Source: Vicugna vicugna
Lineage: Eukaryota
Assembly (NCBI GenBank): GCA_013265495.1
Contig: MU058636.1
Span: forward strand, 4,747,741 to 4,811,740
Length of the DNA stretch: 64,000 nt
Direction: 5' to 3'
In this document: positions 1 to 12,747 of the stretch, piece by piece
Layout: each line of letters starts with the position of its first letter
Position numbering within the stretch: position 1 is the first letter of the stretch
Position numbers and translations under genes: made by a program
The notes under the pieces: generated by a model
The model's database searches: none
Told to the model about the DNA's origin: nothing
Seen by the model: the letters and a program-made list of their open reading frames with translations, nothing else

Positions 1-2733
1 AAAAATGTCCCTACAAACAAAAGTCCAGGACCCGATGGCTTCACCTGGGAATTCTACCAACATACAAAGAAGAAGTCATACTGGTTATTCTCAAATTCTT
101 CCAGAAGATTGAAAAGGAGGGAGTACTCCCAAACTCTATTTATTAAGCCATCATCACCCTGATACCAAAACCAGACAAACACACTACCAAAAAAAGAAAA
201 TTACAGACCAATTTCACTGATGAACATAGATGCAAAAATCCTCAACAAAATATTAGCCAACAGAATACAACAGCACATAAAAAAGACCATACACCATGAT
301 AATGTTGGGTTCATCACAGTAACACAAGGATGGTTCGACATACACAAATCAATGTGATACACCACATCCACAAAAGGACAAAAATCACATGATCATCTCA
401 ATAGATGCAGGAAAAGCATTTGATAAAGTTCAACACCCATTTATGATAAAAACTCTTACCAAAGAGGGTATAGAGGGAACATATCTCAACATAATAAAAG
501 CTATTTATGACAAACTTACAGCAAGCATAGTGCTCAACAGTGAAAAACTGAAAGGCCCTCCCACTAAACTCTGGGACAAGACAAGGTTGTTCATTCTCAC
601 CACTTCTATTCAACATAGTCTTGGAAGTCCTACCCACAGCATTCAGGCAAGAAAAAGAAATAATAAGGGATCTAAATTGGAAAAGAAGAGGTAAAATTGT
701 CACTATAGGCAAACGACATGATACTATATATAGAAAACCCTAAAAGCTACTTATAAAAACCACTAGAGCTGATAAAAGAATTCAGCAAGGTAGCAGGATA
801 CAAGATTAATGTACAAAAATCAGTTGCATTTCTTTACACTAACGATGAATCAACAGGGAAAAAAAGTAAAGAAATAATCTCTTAAAATAGCACCCAAAGT
901 AATAAAATATCTAGGGATACATGTGACCAAGGAGGTTAAAGATTTGTACATGGAGAACTACAAAACACTGATTAAGGAAATTAAAGAAGACTTAAAGAAA
1001 TGGAAAGATATCCCATACTTCTGGATTGGAAGAATCAATATTGATAAAATGGTCACACTGCCCAAGGCAATCTATAGATTTAATGCAATCCCTATCAAAT
1101 TACCCAGGACATATTTCACAGAACTGGAACAAATCATAATAAAATTTATATGGAACCATCAAAGACCTAGAATTGCCAAAGCATTACTGAACAGAAAGAA
1201 AGAGGCTGGAGGAATAACTCTCCCAGAAAGACAATACTGCTACAGTCATCAAGACAGCATGGTATTGGTAAAAAAAAAAAACAGACATATAGACCAATGG
1301 AACAGAATAGAGAGCCCAGAAATGAACCTACAAACTTTTGGTCAACTAATCTTTGACAAAGGAGGCGAGAACATACAATGGAATAAAGACAGACTCTTTA
1401 GCAAATGTGTTGGGAAAACTGGACATCTGCATGGAAATCAATGAAATTAGAATACTGTCTCACACCACACACAAAAATAAACTCAAAATGGCTTAAAGAC
1501 TTAAACATAAGACACAATAAATCTACTAGAAAAAAAATTATTGCAAGACATTATCTCACATACATCTTAGCAACATTGTCCGAGAGCAGTCTACCCAAGC
1601 AATAGAAATTAAAGCAAAAATAAACAATTGAGACCTAAATAAACTTACAAGCTTTTGCACAGCAAAGGAAACCATAAGTAAAACAAAATGACAATCTACG
1701 GAATGGGAGAAAATATTTGCAAAAGATGAGACTGACAAGGGTTTGATTTCCAGAATATATAAACAGTTCATACAACTTAACAAAAAACAAAAAAGCCACC
1801 CAATCCAAAAATGGGCAGAAGACCTGAACAAGCAATTCTCCAAAGAAGGCATATGAATGACCAATAGGCACATGAAAACATGCTCAATATCAGTAATTAT
1901 CAGAGAAATGCAAATCAAAACTACAATGAGGTATCACCTCACACCAGTCAGAATGGCCATCATTCAAAAGTCCACAAATGATAAATGCTGGAGAGGGTGT
2001 GGAGAAAAGGGAACCCTACTACACTGCTAGTGGGAATGCAATTTGGTGCAGCCATTGTGGAAAACAGTATCGAGATTTCTCAAACGACTAAAAACAGACT
2101 TACCGTATGACCCAGCAATCCCACTCCTGGGCATATATCCAGAGGGAACCTTAATTCAAAAAGACACCTGCACCCCAATGTTCATAGCAGCACTGTTTAC
2201 AATGGTCAAGACATGGAAACAACCTAAATGTCCATAGACAGATGACTGGATAAAGAAGAAGTGGTATATTTATACAATGGAAAACTACTCATCCATAAAA
2301 AATGATAAAATAATGCCATTTGCAGAAACCTGGATGGCCCTGGAGAAAGTCATTCTAAGTGAAGTAAGCCAGAAAGAAAGAAAAATGCCATATGATATCA
2401 CTCATATGTGGAAACTAAAGAAGAAAAAGACAATGAATTTATGTATAAAGCAGAATCAGACTCACAGACATAGAATACAGACCTGTGGTTACCAGGAGGG
2501 TGGGAAGTGGGAAGAGATAAACTGGGAGTTTGAGATTTGCAGATACTGACTAATATATATAAAAGAAAAGTTTATACTGTATAGCACAGGGAACTATATT
2601 CAATATCTTGTAATAGCTTACAGTGAAAAAGAAAGTGAAAATGAATATGTATATTCATGTATGACTGAAGCATTGTGCCATACATCAGAAATTGACACAA
2701 CATTGCTAATTGTGCCTCAATTTAAAAAAAAAA
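1..2733 (+). mobile_element. LINE-1, disrupted ORF2 (RT to C-terminus) plus 3'UTR and A-tail; truncated by window start
   Basis: ORF fragments carry L1 ORF2 motifs: [60 protein letters not shown]. Multiple frameshifts and stops. A-tail at about 2724-2733. Confidence 0.95.
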
Positions 2734-3729
2734 TACTCAGCTATGTCATGTGGAGGAATATCTCATTTTCATTTTTATTGGAAGATAATCTCTTTCACTT
2801 TAGAATATCAAGAGAGAAAAGGAAAATTCTTCAGAATAAAGATATTTTTAAAGCTTAAAATATAATAAAATACAATTAAAAGGGGGATTTCAATAATATC
2901 TTATAATCTGTAGTCATGAGAATTAGTGGAGGTTTTTTGTTTTGTTTTTTAAAAAATAGATTAATGTGAAAGATTTCTTTTCCTCTATTTCTTCACCTAC
3001 TCTCCCTTGAGTGTACAAGAAAGATCCTTTAAAGCTGCAGACCTACCCCAACTGAGCGCAGCAATGACTGTAGATTCACAGTTAAACCTCCTTGGATATT
3101 GTGTTGTGCCTCTGTTACTGAAGCATCAATTTTCACTTCCCTGGGGATGTGTGGGAGAACGGGGAGGGTGGGTAGAGATATCCACCCAGAGGAGAGGGCA
3201 GATATCTAACAGACGCTTTCTAGCCCCAACACGTGACACACTTTATCCACTGGCATAAAAAAAGCAATTCAGATATGTGCACTGCAACTTAAACATAACT
3301 TGATTAAAACTGCAGTGTCCAAATCCAGTATTTCGGAAAAAGCACCTTGGCATGTCAATGTCTCATTCTCACCAACAGGTGAGACTGTTAATATGTTAGT
3401 ACAGCTGTGAAATAAAGATGCTTCTGTTAGGGTTACACATGCCCACACATGCACACAAACGTGCAGAGTCAGGTCTTAAGGCTCTTCAGGTTCCAATTCC
3501 TAATGCTACTCTTTTCAGTGAATTGTAGAATTACAGACATAAGGGTACCTCCAGGCTGTTTATGTCAATAGCTTACACCTGCTTCCAAATACCTGCCTGA
3601 GGAGTAACAAACATTAGTGTCTGTGGGTGATTTTGCAGCATCTTAATTATATCTTGTTAAATTGGTTCTCTTAAGTTTTTTATACAGTTACTCAGGATTA
3701 ACTTTTGAATACCTACCGTGAGCTGAGTG

Positions 3730-4760
3730 TTTTCCTTCATCCAGCACACATTTATTGTGTACCTACTCTGGGCTAGGCACTGTGTCACGGGATACTGCAT
3801 GGATCCAAACAGACCCATCCCTGTTTGCAGGCAGCTTGCATTTTCGGAGGGGAGATGTGCTTGTCTGCCTATGAAAGGTGGTGTCGAGGGACAGACAGTA
3901 ATGGGTGTGGGGCTATTTGAGAAAGGGGGCCAGAGGAGCCTTCCTAACAGGATGATATCTGAGCAGAGGTATGAATCAAGTGAGTATAGAGCATGGATCT
4001 CTGGGGGAAGAGCGTTCCAGAAAAGAGAAAGGCAGGTGCAAAGATCCAGAAGCAGGAGCAGGGACTCCCTGTTGAAGGGCCAGCAGGGAAGCCAGTGACC
4101 AGAGTGAAACGAGTGAGGAGAGTGGTCAGAGGGCAGCCGAAAGGGCCGTGTGGGCCAGGAAGGACTCGGGACTTTACCAGGTGACATGGAAAGCCACTGG
4201 ATGTTGGGCAGCAGAGCAGTGACAGGCTTTGACTTTTGACCTGTGTTTGACAAAGAGCATTCTATTTGGAATGATGAAAAATTTCTGGAAATAGATAGTG
4301 GTGACGGTTATATGACATTGTGAATGTACTTAATGCTGCTGAATTGTGTACTTAGATGGTAAATTTCCTGTTCTCTATATTTTACCACAATAAAATAAAT
4401 CGTTGAGGAAGGATCTGGCTGCTACATGCAGAACAGACCACCAGAGAGCAGAAGCAGGAGGACCAGATAGAAGGCCACGGCAACAGTGTCGTCACAGGTG
4501 ATGGTGGCCAGGGCTGGGGTAGTAGCCACGGAGGTGATGAGAAGTGGGTCTGTTCTGGAAATATTTCAGAGGTGGAGTTCTGAAATACAGGACTTGATGA
4601 CGATAGGCAGAATATGAGAGACCCCAAAGTCTGGCCCAAACCACTGGACGAATGGAGTTGCTATCTCCCAAGAGGAGGTACAAGTTTGGGAAGTGGAGAT
4701 CAAGATTTAATTTTCAGACATGTTAACTAAGATGCTTAATTAAACACCCAAGACAAGATG
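3730..4760 (-). mobile_element. Ancient L2 fragment(s)
   Basis: Starts with reverse-complemented L2 3' end (ttcatccagcacacatttattgtgtacctact...ggcactgtg), followed by purine-rich L2-like sequence. Boundaries approximate. Confidence 0.65.
4262..4400 (+). mobile_element. Old L1 (L1M-type) 3' end inserted in L2
   Basis: Typical L1MB/MC terminus: gatgaaaaatttctggaaatagatagtggtga...gtgaatgtacttaatg...ttttaccacaataaaa. Confidence 0.7.
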
Positions 4761-4884
4761 GAGAGCAAATGGGTGGATCTACGGGTCCACTACTGAGAAG
4801 TCTAAAAACGTGGAGATAGTATGTAAAGCCACTGAGGGAAAAGCAATACACACCTGCCTCCCGTAAGAGAGTGTCGTACAATGA

Positions 4885-5150
4885 GTTTGATACCTTAGTT
4901 GCACGTTAAATTACATGGGGAACTTAAAACACCAATACCCACTCTACTCATCCAAAGATTGACTTAATTGGTCTGAAGTGTGCAACTCCAGAGCTGTTGA
5001 AAGTTCCCCAGGTGATTCTGATCCACTGCCGAGATTGAAACACTGCTTTGGTGGTTCTCGAAACTAAGAATCACTGAAGGATGCTTGTGAAAAATAAGTA
5101 CTTGCTCAGGTAAATCCAGGGTCCACCAAATCAGCATTTTTATAACCCTT
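4885..5150. mobile_element. MER5-type hAT-Charlie MITE remnant(s)
   Basis: Motifs ttaattggtctg, ttccccaggtgattctgat, gtggttctc...agaatcac. Confidence 0.6.
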
Positions 5151-5654
5151 TCACTTTGAAAGTCATTGAATTAGGAGGAATTTATGCTACAGCAAAGTGC
5201 ACAGCATCATTTTTCCATGCTGGCTGTTTGTGTGGTGATTCAACCCCAAGTCTGTCGTTGATTTGTTACTTTGTTTTGTCTTTGAGGTCACAGGAAGTGA
5301 GTGGCTAGAGTCCACTGCAGTCCACTTACAAAGCAGTTTCCTGGCAGATGCTTCCTTCTCTGTCACCATCTCCTCTAGCCCCGACCCTGCTTTTAACAGC
5401 AAACTCTTGCTGTAACACTGTGTGCCAACTCAAGTTGTTGGTTCCAACAACTCTGGCCACCTGCCACCAACTTCCAGGAGTTCCTGGGCCAGGAAGTTGA
5501 TAAAACTCCTTCTTGCCTACCTCTTTGGTTTCCAACCCTTCTCTCCTTATTTCTATTTCAAGAAGCCCAGAGACTTGGAACTCATGCTGCCCAGCTGCAC
5601 TAACCATCCTCCTTCCTCAAGTCCATCACTATCCCCATTACCCACAGGGGAGAC

Positions 5655-5822
5655 TGTGAACCTTGGAGCCTGTTAGAATCATCAGGGAAGCTTTTAAAAC
5701 ATTCTGAGGCCCAGGCCCCACCCGAGACCCCCAAAATCAAACCCTCAGGGTAGGGCCCCACCATGGTAACTTATGAAGTTCATCCTGTGAGTTTAAGTTG
5801 CAGCTGTGGCTGAGAACTGCTG
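5655..5822. mobile_element. MER5-type MITE
   Basis: ttagaatcatcagggaagcttttaaaa...cccaggccccaccc...gctgagaactgctg. Confidence 0.65.
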
Positions 5823-6527
5823 ATCTAAAGCTCTCCTGCTCACAGTGCCTTATTCATTGAATAGACTACAGCTTATTGCTCACGGCCTCTCTCTCCACCC
5901 CAACTTCTGATGTTGTTCTCAGAGACTGCAAAATCCTCATGGATAACCCAAACAATACGCTTTTCCTCTCAGTTTTAATATTCTTACCTCTGGGGGGGGG
6001 GTCTTTGCTCCCTTCGTCCCACCTTGGCCATTCAACTTCACAGCTATACTGAAACCCTATCCATAGCAATAAGTGTACCAGCTTCAGCATCTCATCTTTC
6101 AGCATCCCATTCAGGAAGGCTTCTGGATCCCTCTTACTCCAGCTGCCCACCCATTTTAACAGTTCTTCTCCCATTATAACATCTGTTGACCTGCTTTTTC
6201 CACTACCCACCACCAAGCTTCACTCCTCTTCTAAACAAGTTTAAATTCCATGGATTATAATCACTTCTTTGCTGACATTCACAAATATCTTACCCCTGTC
6301 TTACTCAACTAGTTAAAACCCTGCCACACCTGCACTAGAACTGCTGAAATGTGACCTTACTAGAATACAACTGCAACCAAGCATATCTTGAAGAGTGCCA
6401 AATCTCAAAATGAGCTCTCGATGCTATCAGACAACCCTATATTACAATTATGCTCCCTGGTAGTCCCAAATTCCTACTACCTGAGATAATTTCATATCTT
6501 GTTCTCCCTCCTCAGCTTTCCCACCTC

Positions 6528-9335
6528 TTTTTTTTATTAATGTATAATTGACATACAACATTATATTAGTTTCAGGTGTACAACATAGTGCTATTTGCAG
6601 CAACATGGATGGCCCTGGAGAATCTCATTCTAAATGAAGTAAGCAAGGAAGAGAAAAAAAAATACCATATGATATCACTCATATGTGGAATCTAAAAATA
6701 AGACAAATGAACTTATTTGCAAAACAAACAGACTCACAGACAGAAAACAAACTTATGGTTACCAGGGGGGAAAGGGGTGGGAAGGGACAAATTGGGAGTT
6801 CGAGATTTGCAGATACTGACTGGTATATATAAAAGAGATAAACAAGTATACTGTATAGCACAGGGAACTATATTTGGTATCTTGCAGTAGCTTATGGTGA
6901 AAAAGAATATAAAAACAAATATATGTATATTCATGTATGACTGAAACACCGTGACACAACACGGTAAACTGACTATACTCCACTTTTAAAAAATGAAATA
7001 CCTGGTCGTCAGGGATAAGAGGAAGTGTTTACATTACTATATATAAAATAGATAAACAACAAGGACCTATTGTACAGCATAGGGAACTATATTCAATATC
7101 TTGTAATAACATAATGGAAAAGAATCTGAAAATATGTGTATGTCTATGTATAACTGAATCACTTTGCTGTACACCTGAAACTAACTTTGTAAATCAACTA
7201 TAAATCAACTTCAATAAAAACCGAAATTAAAAAAAAAAATGAAATAAAATTGGCTGTCTGGACAGATGCAGTTTTCAAAATGAGAAGTAGATCTTAGGTC
7301 TTTAGACCCTAAACAGCAAGATAAGCAAATAAAACTTAAGGATGATTGTTGAAGTACATGGAATGCTTACTTGTACAACTTAAAAACCAGTAATTAAACT
7401 ATGTTCAATATAGTGTAATAACTTTTATTGGAAAAAAATATGAAAATATATGTATGTATATGGATGACTGGGAAACTCTGCTATACACCAGAGATTGACA
7501 CATTGTAATTGACTGTATGTACTTCAATAAAAAAAGTAATTTTTAATTAAAAAAATGTGATATTGGCACAAAAACAGACATGTGGATCTATGGGACAGAA
7601 TAGAGTCCAGAAATAAACCCAAAGACCTACGGTCAATTAATCTTCAATGAAGGAGGCTAGAATATACATTGGAGAAAAGACAGTCTCTTCAGCAAGTGGT
7701 GCTGGAAAAACTGGATAGCAGCATGTAAATCAATGAAGTCGGAACACTCCCTCACGCTATATACAAAAATAAACTCAAAATCGCTTAAAGACTTGAATAT
7801 AAGACAAGACACGATAAACCTCCTAGAAGAAAACATAAGCAAAACATTCTCTGACATAAATCTTAGCAATATTCTCCTAGGACAGTCTACCCAGGCAATA
7901 GAAATAAAAGCAAAAATTAACAAATGGGACCTACTCAACTTATAAGCTTTTGCACAGCAAAGGAAACCATAAGCAAAAACCATAAGCAAAACGACAACCT
8001 ACAGAATGGGAGAAAATATTTGCAAATGATGCAACTGACAAAGGTTTAATTTCCAGAACATATAAACAGCTCATACAACTTAGTAACAACAACAAAAAAA
8101 ACCCAATCCAAAAATGGGCAGAAGACCTGAACAAGCAATTCTCCAGTGAAGACATACAAATGGCCAAAAGGCACGTGAAAAAATGCTCAATATCGCTAAT
8201 TATCAGACAAATGAAAATCAAAATTACAATGAGATGTCACCTCACATCAGTCAGAATAGCCATCATTAAAAAGCCCAAAAATGATAAATGCTGGAGAGGG
8301 TGTGGAGAAAAGGGAACCCTCCTACACTGCTGGTGGGAATGCAGTTTGGTACAGCAATTATGGGAACAGTATGGAGATTCCTCAAAAAACTAAAAATACA
8401 CTTACCATATGACCCAGTAATCCCACTCCTGGGCATATATCCAGAGAGAACTCTAATTTAAAAAGATACATGCACCCCAATGTTCATNNNNNNNNNNNNN
8501 NNNNNNNNNNNNNNNNNNNNNNNNNNNNNNNNNNNNNNNNNNNNNNNNNNNNNNNNNNNNNNATAAAGATGTATTTATACAATGGAATACTACTCAGCAA
8601 TAAAAAACAATAAAATAATGCCATTTGCAGCAACATGAATGAACCTGGAGATCATCATTCTAAGTGAAGCCAGCCAGAAAGGGAAAGAAAAATTCCATAT
8701 ATCACTCATATGTGGAATCTAAAAAGAAGGGGAAAAAAGGACACTAATGAACTCATCTACAAAATATAAAGACTCACAGACATAGTAAACAATCTTATGG
8801 TTACTAGGGGAGAGGGGGTTGGAAGGAATAAAGTTAGGAGTTTGAGATTTGCAAATATTAACCACTATATATAAAAATAGATAAAAAACAAATTTATTCT
8901 GTACAGCATAGGGAACTATATTCAATATATTGTAATAACCTTTAGTGAAAAAGAATATGAAAATGAATATATGTGTGTATATGCATGACTGGGACACTTT
9001 GCTGTACAACAGAAATTGACACACTGTAATTGACTATACTTCAATTTTAAAAAATGAACAAACATAACCAAACAGAAACAGTCACAGATTCAGAGAACAA
9101 CAGGTGGTTGCCAGAGGGGAGGGGGTTGGAGGTGGAAAAAAATAGGGAGAGGGGATTAAGAGGTTCAAACTACTAGGTATAATGTTGCAAGGATGTAATG
9201 CACAGCACAGGGGCTACAACCAGTATTTTATAACTTTAAATGAAGTATAATCTATAAAAATATCAAATCACTATGTTATACACCAGAAACTAATATAACA
9301 CTGTAAATCCACTATACTTCAATATAAAAAAGAAA
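6528..9335 (+). mobile_element. Nested cluster of at least five L1 3' segments (one short minus-strand piece at 6528-6590, the rest plus strand), including an ORF2 C-terminal piece at 7556-9055
   Basis: Repeated L1 3'UTR motifs (gggaactata..., gctgtacac...gactatact) end in A-rich tails near 6990, 7235, 7550, 9050 and 9330. 7556-8720 is homologous to 1260-2420. Confidence 0.9.
8488..8562. other. Assembly gap (75 N) inside an L1
   Basis: Run of N directly visible. Confidence 1.
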
Positions 9336-9339
9336 TCAG

Positions 9340-11472
9340 ATGATTTTATCTTCACTCCCAAATCTATAAACCTATCTTTATCTAACTAGCCCATGTTCTA
9401 AGGGTTCCATCTTTTTACAACAGAAGGAATATCACTGCTCCCACTCAGGCATAATCACTTCACCTCTGCTCTGGATCCCATCTCTTCTCCCTTTGCAAGC
9501 ATTTTCCTCCTACAGGCATGTCTTCTCCCTGCTCTACCAACAATTCTCTACTGAATTATTCCCCATTAATATATAAACTTAGTACCTCCTTTTCCCCCAA
9601 ATGCCCTCCTGGGTATTGCTGATTTCTCTGCTTTTTAACAGCAAAGCTTCTAGAAAGTACTATTGCTATTCACTGTCTTCACTTTATTAACTCTGGCTTC
9701 CATCCCTACTACTCCTTGAAACTTCTCTCTTCCTTCACCAGCCACCTTCATGTCACCAAATCCAACAGACATGTCCATCTTCATCTTTCTCATTCACCAA
9801 AGGACCTGACTTGGCTGACCACTCCTTCCTTCTTGAAATACTGTTTCATCTTGGCTTTCATGACACCATCCTCCTTCTATCCCTCTTGACCTCCTCTTTC
9901 ATCTAACCTCTAACTTCTTGCTACTGAAAGTGTGGTCAGAAGACCAGCAGCAGTGATTGCAAATCTGAGACGCTCCAGGATGCTAAGTCTCAGACTCCAG
10001 ACTCACTGGACCAGAATATCCAATTAACAAGATCACCAGGTAACTCCAGGGACATTAAAGTTTTAGAATAATTACCCTAAATGCTGGTGTGCCCTAGGGC
10101 CCTGTGCTGTACTATCCTACGTGATACCATGCAGGCCCACAGCTTTAAGTACAACATATTTTTTAATCTACAAATCTCTCTCCATAGCTCTGACTTCCCT
10201 CCTAAATTCCAGATTCATATAATCAATAGCCTACATGACATCTTCATTTGGTTAGAGTCTCATATACTTCAAACTCAATGTTGAAAACAGAAACCTTCCC
10301 CCATCTCACTACACAGCCCCACCAAAAAAAGGATGGCTAAGTGTACTTAGCCCTCACAGTGTTACAGGTACCGTCCTAAGTGCTTAACATGGAGCAGCTG
10401 CTTAAGTCCTCACATCACCACTAAGAGACAGGTACTACAATCATCCCCATTTTACAGAAGAGTAATTGAGACAGAGCGTAAGTAATTGCCCACAACCATA
10501 CATTTCCTAATATCCCATCAAGGATTTGAAGTTGGGTAATCTGACTCTAGAATACACCCCTAACTGCTATACCTCTCAAGTTCATCCAACCTAGAGTTCA
10601 AAGCAGAAATCTAAAAGTCATCATTTATTCCACCATCACCCACTTCCAATCCTGGGTGTCTCATTTTCAAACATTATCTTGAATTGATGTATTTCTTTCT
10701 ATGTCCACAGCCACCCACTCTTTTCCAAGCCATCAGTTTGCCCATGCATTCATTAACCTCCCATCTGGTCTCCCTCCTTCCACTCTACCTGGTCTGCCCT
10801 CATGGCAGTGCCTTTTTTATAGTAATAATCTGATGTCGGGGCCTTGTTTAAACCCTTTCATGGGCTGCCACATGCTTGACCATGGCCAAAAGAACCCATC
10901 TGCGACCTGAGCCTTGTCTTCCCCAGCCTATGCCTGACATTAGCCACAGGAGCTCCTGCTCCTGGGACATGCCAGGTACAAGTCTTGCCCCACCCCCAGG
11001 GTCTTTGCTCTTGTTGGATCAAAACCACCTTTTCTCCCAGCTCCCTCTCTTCCTGCTGGTCTCAATTCTCATGTCGCCTCTTTTCAACCACCCTATTTAA
11101 CAGAGTCACTCTATTTCATCACCCTGTTTTCTTCATTGCACTTAACATATCTGAATCTGAGAAAAAATATCGATATACTAGTTACATCCATAGCCAAATA
11201 GAGTACGAGAATGTACTACCTAGGTTTAAATCCTGGTTTTACCCCATGACCTCCCTGTGGCTCCCTCTCCTCATCTATTAAAAAGGGGCACAACAGTTCC
11301 TAGTCATTATCACTGCTGTGATGAAGTACAACAAGGCCTGGCACACACTAAGGGTTATTTAAGCATTTGCTATAATTATTATGTATACTTGAAGGCAAGG
11401 ACCTTGCTCTTTGGTCTCTGTACTCCCAGTGCTCAGAACATCCAGCTCGCAGAAGTTGGTTAAATGAATGAC
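9340..11472 (+). mobile_element. Degenerate L2 with nested MER5-type (about 9920-10075) and MIR (about 10340-10570, about 11200-11380) pieces
   Basis: Pyrimidine-rich L2-like body ending in ...gttggttaaatgaatga. MIR core catccccattttacagaagag...tgagacagag. Confidence 0.6.
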
Positions 11473-11595
11473 TGTTGCTCCTCTTCATCGTTCCCTTCAT
11501 ATTAGTGATAAGATGTACCATTCCCCAGTGTTTTATTGATGTTTTTAATCCCAGGGTCACCAATTAATGTGCCTTCATAGTCTATTTTACATGCA

Positions 11596-11606
11596 TTTAT
11601 TTTATT
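11596..11606 (-). terminator. ZAR1L: Probable ZAR1L polyadenylation signal (overlapping AATAAA x2)
   Basis: Minus strand reads AATAAAATAAA about 150 nt after the stop codon. Confidence 0.7.
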
Positions 11607-11757
11607 CTATTCACATTGACAATTATCATACAACCTACAAAAAGTACAAAAAGCCTAATTCATTTTCCAATACCAGGTCAGAGCCAAGTTGCAAAACAGG
11701 AACTGTACGGTGAGTTACAAGCAGAGTTTGGGTGTCCTGCACAAGTCATACTGCCTG

Positions 11758-11901
11758 TCACATGATGTATTTAAAGCTGTAAATATTGCCACAGGAGAAT
11801 CTCTTGTCTTTGCAGCGGCCACACAGTTCCTGCCGATGAGGCCTCCTTAGATCGATGTGTCTTTTCTTTTGAGAACAGGAGCAACGAGACTTTGAACAGG
11901 T
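11758..11901 (-). CDS. ZAR1L: ZAR1-like protein, last coding exon (TCSKSRCSC...FSCGNIYSFKYIM*)
   Basis: Acceptor ttttctaaag. 144 nt including TGA. Conserved C-terminal Cys/His zinc-binding region of the ZAR1 family. Confidence 0.97.
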   Translation of the reverse strand, partial: TCSKSRCSCSQKKRHIDLRRPHRQELCGRCKDKRFSCGNIYSFKYIM

Positions 11902-12267
11902 CTTTAGAAAAGAAGGAACATTTTGGGCACTAAATGATCAAATTAGTGCTTCAAATGTAATTTTCAGATGAAGGTATTTCTGCCCACCACCCCATCCCTG
12001 GCATCTTTATCCTCCTTTGAATCCAAGTTGTACAAAACCACTCACACTCCATTAACTGTCATGCATTTTTCCTGGTGAATGATCAAAGATGATATTTAAG
12101 AGAACATTGCTGAAGCAATCCAGAAGACAGAAGAGAAGACTTTTTAAATTTAGAGTCTTGTAGAGTGTCTTCACTATGTACATTTTTACATTTGCAGCCA
12201 GGCAGGGGTGAGGAGCAGAGGGTGTTAAGTGATTTGGTTGTCTAGACTGGAACACTTAGACACTAGC

Positions 12268-12365
12268 GCAGTGATTCTCTACTGGCAGCTCCCCACCTAC
12301 CAGCAGACGTCTGGCAGGATCCTGAGATATTTTTGGTTGTCACAACTGGAGGGAGACGTGTTCTA
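12268..12365. mobile_element. MER20-like fragment
   Basis: cagtgattctc...gagatatttttggttgtcacaactgg. Confidence 0.6.
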
Positions 12366-12598
12366 GAGGAAGTAAATGTTTTCCTTCCAGACATGCCTAA
12401 TCTTTACAGGAATTTGAAGTGTTTTTAACCAGTATCCCATTCTGTCTTCTGATAAATGAGAATCGCACCCATGGAGACTGGTACACTGCCATGAACACCC
12501 CTCCCCCCCCCGCTATGCACAAAATTAATTACCACCGCTCTATCTTCTGTATGTCCATAGCTAAATAGAGTTCAGTTGAGCTTTACCTTTTGTATTTT

Positions 12599-12747
12599 TT
12601 AATTTATTTACTATTGTATCATTTTGTTTATTTTATCTTCATTGGGGGGAGGTAATTAGGTTTATTTTTAGAGTTGGTACTGGGGACTGAACCCAGGACC
12701 TCGTGCATGCTAAGCATGTTCTCTACTGCTGAGCTACACCCTCCCCC
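12599..12747 (-). mobile_element. tRNA(Ala)-derived SINE, Vic-1 (camelid) type, with target-site duplication
   Basis: Minus strand GGGGGAGGGTGTAGCTCAG...GCTTAGCATGCACGAGGTCCTGGGTTCAGTCCCCAGTACC, then ACCTAATTACCTCCCCC and an A-rich tail. TSD accttttRtatttt at 12585-12598 and 12750-12763. Confidence 0.85.

Noticed and set aside
389..2549. Several plus-strand ORFs with reverse-transcriptase-like sequence
   Set aside because: Fragments of one frameshifted L1 ORF2; not a functional gene or a novel RT system.
3657..4253. 198-aa minus-strand ORF
   Set aside because: Lies in degenerate L2 sequence; no recognisable domain or splice support.
7966..7991. 13-bp tandem duplication aaccataagcaaa in L1
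   Set aside because: Post-insertion mutation in a dead element.
12675..12747. tRNA-Ala-like sequence
   Set aside because: It is the head of a SINE (extra body, tail, TSD, mismatched stems), not a tRNA gene.
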